Source: Thermofilum adornatum (GTDB taxonomy: Archaea > Thermoproteota > Thermoprotei > Thermofilales > Thermofilaceae). Taken from it: 32,000 bases of DNA. The stretch is taken from positions 600,001 to 632,000 of the forward strand of contig NC_022093.1 in NCBI RefSeq assembly GCF_000446015.1. The letters are read 5' to 3'. A program made the position numbers and the translations under genes. Below, in pieces: positions 18,873 through 25,664 of this stretch. Position 1 is the stretch's first letter, and the number at the start of each line of letters is the position of its first letter. The notes below the pieces were generated by a model, which was not told where the DNA came from, ran no database searches, and saw only the letters and a list, made by a program, of their open reading frames with translations.

Positions 18873-19769
18873 GTGAAGGTTGTAACTTTTCTTAGCGTGA
18901 AGGGCGGCGTAGGCAAGACAACTCTGACAGTCAATACAGCTAACGAGCTGGCGACAAAAATAGGGGGATCAGACAAAGTACTCATAATAGATCTAGACGC
19001 CCAGGCTGGGGCATCCGTATATCTATTAGGGTACGATCAACAACAAGCCCTTGAAAAACAAAACCAAACAATCCACGAATTACTAGACAAGACAATAAAC
19101 AACCAGGACCCCAACATCTCTAAATATATAATAAACCCGTATAAAACAAACCCATCCAGCGGTTGGAGTCCAAGGCTCGACATTATAGTTGGGGACTCAA
19201 GGATAATAGACCTTGAAAGAGAAATCATTTCTCGATCTGCCGCAAAAGGGTTCGGGTGGAGCCTCATACTGTACCAGTTATTGACGAAGCTTTCACAGCT
19301 CAACTATAGCTTCATATTCATAGACCCGCCGGCAACTCTTGGCGCCCTTTCAAGAATGGCGCTAGGCGCAAGCAACTACTTCCTTATTCCACTCATTCCA
19401 GACGACTTCGGCCGCGTCACAGTGGGCATGTTCACAAAGGACTTCTTCAACCAAGCATTCTACGAGATCGCACTCGCTGGACGACAAGACCGACCACTAT
19501 GCGGAGGCATAGTCTTCAACAAGATAAAGACAAGCACCCATGCCAAAATAGCAGACGAGATAGCCGACGAGATATGCGGCAAGAAGCTCTACGACAAATA
19601 CTCCATACCAGTCTACAAGACTAAGCTCTACGACAGAATAGCATACGTCAAATCACTAGAAGAACACAAACCCCTGTACAAAATTGGAGACAAAAAAGCA
19701 GAGGAAGAGTTCCAAAGCTTCTTCGACGAATTCTACGACTACGTGGTAAGAGACAAGGCAAAAGGGTGA
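18873..19769 (+). CDS. ParA/Soj/MinD-family (SIMIBI) ATPase
   Basis: GTG start, which places the deviant Walker A SVKGGVGKTT at residues 8-17. IIDLDAQ (Walker A') and IFIDPPATLG (Walker B). A TATA-rich box (AAAATTTAACTATATATAA) lies immediately upstream. Confidence 0.85.
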   Translation: MKVVTFLSVKGGVGKTTLTVNTANELATKIGGSDKVLIIDLDAQAGASVYLLGYDQQQALEKQNQTIHELLDKTINNQDPNISKYIINPYKTNPSSGWSPRLDIIVGDSRIIDLEREIISRSAAKGFGWSLILYQLLTKLSQLNYSFIFIDPPATLGALSRMALGASNYFLIPLIPDDFGRVTVGMFTKDFFNQAFYEIALAGRQDRPLCGGIVFNKIKTSTHAKIADEIADEICGKKLYDKYSIPVYKTKLYDRIAYVKSLEEHKPLYKIGDKKAEEEFQSFFDEFYDYVVRDKAKG

Positions 19770-20221
19770 AAAAACTGCAGGACTTCGCCAGTGAAGAGGA
19801 GGCCTACAAATACGTATCCCACGTCTTGAGCGAAAAAGGCTACAAAGTAAAAAGAATAATGAGCGGGAAGGGAAAACAATCCCCAGATGCGGACATTGAG
19901 CTAGAGAAAAACAATGAGAAGATAGCCATCGAAGTAAAATACTTCAAAGACGCACCTAAATTCTACTTGGGACTGGATGAAGCGCTTGCGCTCCTTCTTC
20001 ATGGCTATGACAAGGTCTACCTGTTGCACGTGCTCGACACAGCGCTAAGCGATAAATGCGAGAACCATGTTTCCAAAGCTCTAGCCATCATAAACTTAAC
20101 GCCTATTGGTTACATGTTCATGATTGGGCGGGGAGACCCCAAGATCCTCAGGGAAGCCTTAAGAAACCCTCTAAAGATGGACCCCCACCTTCACGAGTCG
20201 CACAGCCAAAGCATTCACTAA
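19766..20221 (+). CDS. small PD-(D/E)xK nuclease-fold protein, Hjc/Hje (Holliday junction resolvase)-like
   Basis: The GTG start overlaps the ParA TGA (GTGA at 19766-19769). 151 aa with motif order E10-E12 ... GYKVKR ... SPD41AD43 ... IAIE56VK58. The fold assignment is by eye only. Confidence 0.55.
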   Translation: MKKLQDFASEEEAYKYVSHVLSEKGYKVKRIMSGKGKQSPDADIELEKNNEKIAIEVKYFKDAPKFYLGLDEALALLLHGYDKVYLLHVLDTALSDKCENHVSKALAIINLTPIGYMFMIGRGDPKILREALRNPLKMDPHLHESHSQSIH

Positions 20222-20571
20222 AGGACATGCTTCGAGACACCCACGACATTATCTTCCATTGTAGCTCAGTGGACTCGTAATGATCGAAAATTCACGTTGA
20301 TATTAGAGAACCACCAAACCATGACCCTTTGATAAACGCGTTACAAAACTCACTAAAAAACAGCCCCAACAGTGCCATTAATCCGCATACCCACCAGCCA
20401 CCCACACAATTTTCAACCCATCCTCTCCTGGAACCATCCCCTAAAACATACTTCGCCACACCACTTATTCGTCTTTTATCCCGCTACACATTGCCCAAAC
20501 AAACTAGACCCAGAAAAGCGACTCAAGAACAAAACTACATAATCCAAGAACCAAAAAGCAGAAAAGCCATA

Positions 20572-20690
20572 AAAACAAAGTTATCACATAGCATAATATC
20601 GTTATTATTTATGATAACAATGTTATTACATGTATTTTAAACAGAGAAAAACAAAAATAACAAAGTTATACACAAACATAACAAAATTAT
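20572..20690. repeat. four phased copies of a 13-bp inverted repeat ATAAC-N3-GTTAT
   Basis: Perfect copies at 20614..20626 (ATAACAATGTTAT) and 20657..20669 (ATAACAAAGTTAT). One-mismatch copies at 20572..20584 (AAAACAAAGTTAT) and 20678..20690 (ATAACAAAATTAT). Start-to-start spacings are 42, 43 and 21 bp. Confidence 0.7.
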
Positions 20691-20734
20691 TACAAGCCAA
20701 TTCACAGTACTCAAAAACAGCCCTGCGTCTTCAC

Positions 20735-22459
20735 CTTTCAATTCTTTCTTAGTTGCATCTGCTCTTGATTTTCGGCTTCGCTATTTTCGGCTTCGGCTTC
20801 GCCTTCAATTCTTTCTTAGTTGCATCATCGGAAACACTTATTTTCTGGTTTATGTCCTTATTCATCCTTCAATTCTTTCTTAGTTGCATCAGGTGGCTCC
20901 GCGCCCTCGAGTCCCCCGCAGACACTCGTGTGCCTTCAATTCTTTCTTAGTTGCATCACACATATTCTTCACACCGCACGAGCTCCAGCCAGTGCTAGCA
21001 CCCCTTCAATTCTTTCTTAGTTGCATCGTACAGACAGACAGCACAGGCAGAATAGTGTACAATAGAATTCCTTCAATTCTTTCTTAGTTGCATCAGCACG
21101 TATATCCACCACATTTTTCTGCACCTCTTTTTTCAACCTTCAATTCTTTCTTAGTTGCATCGTCGAGCGCATGGATTATTCCGAGCGTCACGAAGAACAA
21201 CCCTTCAATTCTTTCTTAGTTGCATCTCGATATCGTTTTCGACGCCCGCCGAACCCACACAGGACCCTACCTTCAATTCTTTCTTAGTTGCATCTAATCT
21301 GGGGCGTGGAATCTATGTAGCCACTTCGTTCACCTTCAATTCTTTCTTAGTTGCATCTACCATGTTTGCTTTTCTAGCAGGTGTAATTTCAAGTACCTTC
21401 AATTCTTTCTTAGTTGCATCAGAAGTGGCAGGGGAGGAATTGTATCCGCTTATACGCCCTTCAATTCTTTCTTAGTTGCATCGTAACGAGGCAAAGCACA
21501 CAGCAATTGATTGCCTACATCCTCTTCCTTCAATTCTTTCTTAGTTGCATCCAGACAGCTTAAGGAGTTCCAGTTGAGGATGGAGAGGCTCCCCTTCAAT
21601 TCTTTCTTAGTTGCATCTCAAGCGAGTCTGGGTCACTTGCCTTTGCTTTTTCAAAGCCTTCAATTCTTTCTTAGTTGCATCAGGAGGCGTGACGGGAAGG
21701 AATACGAGTATGGCATGGTGTCCTTCAATTCTTTCTTAGTTGCATCAATGAATAGGCAAAGAAAGCTAGGAAAGCTGTTAAAGCAACCTTCAATTCTTTC
21801 TTAGTTGCATCGCTAGAATTTTCAAAGCTCGACCTATCCCTTACCAGCTTCGCCTTCAATTCTTTCTTAGTTGCATCTGTGGGAAAATGGTTCAACACCT
21901 CAAACTAGATTCAATCTACCTTCAATTCTTTCTTAGTTGCATCAGGATTGGCCTCTTGAAGAAAGCAGATGGGGAAAGCATCCTTCAATTCTTTCTTAGT
22001 TGCATCGGCGCTAGGACTTATAAGCATCACCTATAGGATTATCAAGTCCTTCAATTCTTTCTTAGTTGCATCGTTGGCTAATGGGGATGACCAAGGTATA
22101 CGCGTATGTGACCTTCAATTCTTTCTTAGTTGCATCAACGCAAGGGTTGAGGAATATAGGGAAACACTGCAGTCAATCCTTCAATTCTTTCTTAGTTGCA
22201 TCCACAGCTATGAAACCAGTAATATTTCTCGATAAATCGCCTTCAATTCTTTCTTAGTTGCATCTATTTCTGGCTTTTGAAGTTTCCAGAGATAAATAGC
22301 AATTCCTTCAATTCTTTCTTAGTTGCATCGACAGGGTGAGGCCGGGGACGCCACACAGATAATCGCCCTTCAATTCTTTCTTAGTTGCATCAGTCATTTA
22401 CCCGTGACGATGTCCCCAAAATCAGTGCCGCTGCCCTTCAATTCTTTCTTAGTTGCATC
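20735..22459 (-). CRISPR. CRISPR array, 27 repeats of 25 nt and 26 unique spacers (37-45 nt)
   Basis: The plus-strand repeat is CCTTCAATTCTTTCTTAGTTGCATC, with starts at 20735, 20802, 20866, 20933, 21003, 21070, 21137, 21202, 21270, 21333, 21396, 21458, 21527, 21593, 21657, 21722, 21787, 21853, 21919, 21982, 22048, 22112, 22178, 22240, 22305, 22367 and 22435. Only the repeat at 20735 deviates (CTTTC...). The reverse complement GATGCAACTAAGAAAGAATTGAAGG ends in ATTGAAGG. This resembles the Sulfolobales repeat family ending in ATTGAAAG, hence the minus-strand call. Confidence 0.95.
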
Positions 22460-22900
22460 CGAAATGTTTTACTCGGGTGTGGTTTATATGTTTAATGCTT
22501 TTTCCTGCAAGAAGTCTGCAAAACTGCCCTAGCACTCAGAATTACTCGTTGGAAACTTCTGAAACTTCCCAGTAGGGAAGCTTCCCGGAACGCCCCGTTT
22601 TAAGACGGGAAGTTTTCCCGTAAACCTAAATTTAAAATAATCCTCTCGTCAAGAAACTTCATAAACAACTTTTAGTTTTCCTTAAAGAAAACATTGACTT
22701 ACTTTGCTTTCAATGTAGTTGAACATATATGGGTGTGTTCCTTGGTTGTGAGGTTCAGCATGCTATGAGCCTAAGCTGTGCAATAGGAGATGTTATTCTA
22801 AAGATTTATTGTGGAATTTGTAGTGTTTTTGTGAGAAGACTTGTAGAGCTGGTTGCCTAGATGGTTTTCGGTGTAAAGGATCATAGAATAATCCAATAGT
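22460..22900 (-). promoter_or_regulatory. CRISPR leader (minus-strand orientation), between the array and the cas4 3' end
   Basis: An ORF-free region of about 440 bp that abuts the perfect repeat at 22435-22459. The degenerate repeat is at the opposite end, and the region contains clustered palindromes (22552-22619). Confidence 0.65.
22483..22496 (-). promoter_or_regulatory. candidate TATA box for pre-crRNA transcription
   Basis: The minus strand reads ATTAAACATATAAA, followed by about 23 nt and then the first repeat. This would place the transcription start at or just upstream of the repeat boundary. Confidence 0.4.
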
Positions 22901-22921
22901 AAAAAAGTAAAAAGAAAAAAA
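22901..22921 (-). terminator. oligo-T terminator candidate for the cas4-cas2-cas1-csa1 operon
   Basis: The minus strand reads TTTTTTTCTTTTTACTTTTTT about 30 nt after the cas4 stop. Archaeal termination typically uses T-tracts. Confidence 0.5.
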
Positions 22922-22950
22922 TAGATTGTCTATGTTTAGGTTGACTGTTG

Positions 22951-23502
22951 TCAGAATAGTGGGCAATATCTCTTGTACCAGCAGGAGGAGCACTTGGCAG
23001 AGGGGCTTGTCTGTGGAGGCTTCTCGGACTCAATGACTTTTAATGTCTTGTCTACGAGTCTTCTAGTCGCGTCTAGTGTTTCCAGGGTCACTTCGTATGT
23101 GTGTGTCTTTTCGCCCAGGACTAGGATTGCTTTTTTAGTCGGGCCTACAGTTTTCTCTGACAGCAACGTGTACGCGAATAGTTGCCACTTGAAGTGGTTG
23201 AACTCGTGTCTCTTGTAGGCCTTTACCTCTACGACTGTTACTTGCTTCGAGCCGCTGACTATGTCTGCTGTGCCTCTAAGCCTGAGTTCTGGGCTTCTCA
23301 TGGGAAACTCTACCCGGACTGGTGGCTCTAGTACTAGGGTTTGGATGCTCTGGAGCCTAAGGACCCTTACTTGTCTTGCATTCTCCATGCTGTAGGTTTC
23401 AGGTTCCCTGACGTGGAAATTGTGGATCAGCCATGGAATCATTGGACAGTAGACGTACTGTTTTATGTCGAGGGGAGTAATATAGTCAGAAGATGACCAC
23501 AT
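22951..23502 (-). CDS. cas4: CRISPR-associated exonuclease Cas4
   Basis: N-terminal YVYCP cysteine, RecB-type D...EVK (ADIVSGSKQVTVVEVKAYK), and a C-terminal CSSCWYKRYC iron-sulfur cluster cysteine triad. ATG 23502 (MWSSSDY) is preferred; the longest ORF (23610) overlaps cas2 by 125 nt. Confidence 0.85.
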   Translation of the reverse strand: MWSSSDYITPLDIKQYVYCPMIPWLIHNFHVREPETYSMENARQVRVLRLQSIQTLVLEPPVRVEFPMRSPELRLRGTADIVSGSKQVTVVEVKAYKRHEFNHFKWQLFAYTLLSEKTVGPTKKAILVLGEKTHTYEVTLETLDATRRLVDKTLKVIESEKPPQTSPSAKCSSCWYKRYCPLF

Positions 23503-23764
23503 TTTGCTCGACCTCCCTGTAGGTCCCAAATGCCCTTCTTCTGGACCAGTCGTATCCACACAGCGTAAACACGTGTATAATGTCGCGGTCGTCGCTGGCA
23601 AAGTACTCACATATCCTGTAGAGGTCTTTTAGCCTCTGAGAGTCAAGCTTGCCAGTGAAGGCGCTTCTCTGTATCCTTGATAGCCCGATGCTCTTTAGCT
23701 TCGCTGCAAGTCTAAGCCTCTTTTCGTCGTCGTGGATATCGTATACAACGACGACTCTCACCAT
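23486..23764 (-). CDS. cas2: CRISPR-associated endoribonuclease Cas2
   Basis: 92 aa. MVRVVVVYDI...KRLRLAAKLKSIGLSRIQRSAF ferredoxin-like pattern. Overlaps the cas1 stop. Confidence 0.9.
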   Translation of the reverse strand: MVRVVVVYDIHDDEKRLRLAAKLKSIGLSRIQRSAFTGKLDSQRLKDLYRICEYFASDDRDIIHVFTLCGYDWSRRRAFGTYREVEQNVVIF

Positions 23765-24735
23765 TGAGCTATAAACCCCCTGTAGCCTGGAACCTCTCCC
23801 CTTACAAATGACGCAAGCTTGACGGCATATGTCTTGACGAACTGTTCCAGAGTAGCGGCCTCCCCATCACTCGTCCTCGCCCTGGCCTGCATGCTGTCCT
23901 TGTAGCCTTGCAGTAGCGCGCTCCTTGAGCTTCTAGACAGGAGCCCATTGTCGATGTCGGGCCTCCAGCCCGAGAAAAACATCTTGATTAGTAGCCTGTC
24001 TACGGCCACCTGCTTAAACATCTCGCTGTAGTCGTAGACGAGGCTCTCTTTCCCGCTCCTATCAGCGTGGAGGAAGCCTGCGTAGGGGTCTAGCCCGGCT
24101 AGGACGAGGCCTTTCCAGCAGTCAGAGTAAAGCACAGCATACAAATAATTCAATGATACGTTAAACGGGTCAAGCGCCTCGGGATCCCTACCGTCAAAAT
24201 GGACGTCGCTTGGCACAAGCTCCACAACGAACCCCCAGTATATCCTAGCCAACTGGGCCTCAAAGTTTATGACTCTCTGCGGGTCGCCCAGAGCTAACGG
24301 GAGCTTGTCTAGTTGCATCTCTATTTCCAGGGCGCCCTCTCTCAACCGGGGCTCTTCCCTGCTCTTGGCGAAGTAGCGCAGTAGCCCGGCTTGGTTCTTT
24401 ATCTTCGCGTATAGAAATGAGTAAACAATGTCCCATCTCTTCTGACTATTATATGCCTCGTATTGTGCACGCCTAGTCTGGACAGTCTTGTTAATGAAGG
24501 GTGGATATATGCGCCCGACAGGGTAGCCTCTCTGGTCGAGAAAAACAATGTCGACTCCGTGGGAAACAAGCAACCTAACTGCCCTAGACGTCACGGAGAC
24601 TCCTCCACTCAGAATCAGGACTTGATCTATGTCGCCTGGGGAAAGCTCCTGCCTTCTATCCTTATTCTCCACGACTAGGAGGCCTTTTCTTGTCCTAAGC
24701 GTGGTTCCGTATCCTTTAAGAATCAGGGTCTTCAT
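23758..24735 (-). CDS. cas1: CRISPR-associated integrase Cas1
   Basis: About 325 aa with typical Cas1 blocks (LILSGGVSVTSRAVRLL; EAQLARIYW; NVSLNYLYAVL; GFLHADRSGKESLVYD). ATG 24735 forms an ATGA overlap with the csa1 stop. Confidence 0.9.
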   Translation of the reverse strand: MKTLILKGYGTTLRTRKGLLVVENKDRRQELSPGDIDQVLILSGGVSVTSRAVRLLVSHGVDIVFLDQRGYPVGRIYPPFINKTVQTRRAQYEAYNSQKRWDIVYSFLYAKIKNQAGLLRYFAKSREEPRLREGALEIEMQLDKLPLALGDPQRVINFEAQLARIYWGFVVELVPSDVHFDGRDPEALDPFNVSLNYLYAVLYSDCWKGLVLAGLDPYAGFLHADRSGKESLVYDYSEMFKQVAVDRLLIKMFFSGWRPDIDNGLLSRSSRSALLQGYKDSMQARARTSDGEAATLEQFVKTYAVKLASFVRGEVPGYRGFIAQW

Positions 24736-25640
24736 CCACACACGCCCCTAAAGGGACAAGACTCGGGGCATACCTCTGCTCTGGGCGGCTCCTTACCCGA
24801 TACAAGCATGTCTATGACCTCGTCCCTAGCATCTATGAACTCGCTCCTCAGGCTCGTCGATATGTAGACAGGCTCCCAACTGAAACCGACCTTCCCGCCG
24901 TTAGCTATGGACACATAGAGGAGAATGCCATAGTCTACTGGAACCTCGTAGTTTGCCTCTAGGGCCAATGCATAGCCTGCGAGGGCCCTTTTATAGTTTT
25001 CATGGGGCTTCCCGAGCTTCACCTCTATTACAACGCCTGTCTCGACAAGGGCGTCTACACGGAGATTCCTAGACAAGCCAAGCATGGATCCGTCAACCCT
25101 CTACTCCGAGAAATAGTAGACCCACTCGTCCGCGGAGAACCTGAGGAGAAGCTTCTTATAGAGGTCTACGACCCACCTCTGCTTCGCCAAGTCCACACCC
25201 ATCTCCTTCAGTTTCCTGTAAACCGTCCTTGAAACATTCTCATAGGCCTCCTATCCGCTCCGGCCAAGGGCAAGCTCCCTCCTGACCTCTTCGGAAACCA
25301 TCTGGAAGACCCTGTGAACAAGCTCGCCGTTAGCCAGCCACTGGTTTTTCTCGCCCTCGACACCCATCCTCCTCAGGTAGACATCCCTCATTGTTGGACA
25401 ATACCTGTACGCGACCTCGCTCACGCCTAGCCCGAGATACGCCCTGGGGCGAAGAGGAGGCTTGTCCCAGTTCCACCCCCTATACTCCTCTTCTACAGGG
25501 TCCTGGCTCCTTGCCCTGTGAAACCTTCTCAAACTCGCATACAGGTCTCTCTTAGAAAAGTAGCCCACACTCATGTTGTTTCCCCATGGATAGAGGAACA
25601 ACTGTAATCTAATATTGGTTCTTACGGCTCTAGAATACAA
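24732..25640 (-). pseudogene. csa1: csa1 (Cas4-family, type I-A) interrupted by two in-frame TAG codons
   Basis: ORFs 25251..25640 and 24732..25085, plus the 49 codons between them, are all in one frame. The in-frame stops are TAG at 25251-25253 and 25101-25103 (plus-strand CTA). The concatenated protein has YRYCP near the N-terminus, VDAL...IEVK, and a C-terminal CPESCPFRGVC. It is about 280-300 aa, as expected for Csa1. Confidence 0.75.
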
Positions 25641-25664
25641 ATTCCTAATTATAGCAGGGACATT

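Noticed and set aside
20261-20275. A tRNA-like string GTAGCTCAGTGGACT downstream of the Hjc-like gene, possibly a tRNA fragment or att remnant.
   Set aside because: It resembles only a generic D-arm. There is no complementary D-stem, anticodon arm, T-arm or acceptor pairing around it, and it does not match the 3' half of tRNA-Arg.
20329-20640. A 103-aa plus-strand ORF in the G-depleted region.
   Set aside because: The composition is low-complexity P/T/K/Q/S-rich, driven by the A/C-rich DNA. It starts at TTG and I see no promoter-like context. The ORF is open only because G-poor sequence lacks TAG and TGA stops.
20640-20734. The A-rich left flank of the array as the CRISPR leader (plus-strand transcription).
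   Set aside because: Repeat polarity (the reverse complement ends in ATTGAAGG, like the Sulfolobales ATTGAAAG handle) argues against it. So does the single degenerate repeat at this end. A TATA-like box about 25-35 nt from the perfect repeat at the other end also favours a right-hand leader. The left flank is not fully excluded without RNA data.
20753-22532. A series of 63-106 aa plus-strand ORFs (20753, 20820, 20884, 21155, 21511, 21969, 22066, 22323), all containing FNSFLVAS or LQFFLSCI.
   Set aside because: These peptides are translations of the 25-nt CRISPR repeat in different frames. The ORFs are artefacts of the array periodicity.
18553-22950. An integrated mobile element inserted at tRNA-Arg and carrying the ParA cassette and/or the CRISPR locus.
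   Set aside because: No integrase or transposase ORF is present. I could not find a downstream direct repeat of the tRNA 3' half (GGGTTCAAATCCC...). Only the composition and the position are suggestive.
22793-22993. A 66-aa minus-strand ORF at the cas4-proximal end of the leader.
   Set aside because: It overlaps the cas4 3' end and the oligo-T terminator tract, is hydrophobic and low complexity, and has no start context.
23486-23610. A long N-terminal extension of cas4 (start 23610) overlapping cas2 by 125 nt.
   Set aside because: The extension (MSTLPATTATLYTCLRCVDTTGPEEGH...) has no Cas4 similarity. ATG 23502 gives the usual Cas4 N-terminus and a short 17-nt overlap with cas2.
25002-25232. 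A 76-aa plus-strand ORF spanning the gap between the two csa1 fragments.
   Set aside because: The minus strand across the same interval continues the csa1 frame with a plausible sequence. The plus ORF is a shadow of the pseudogene.
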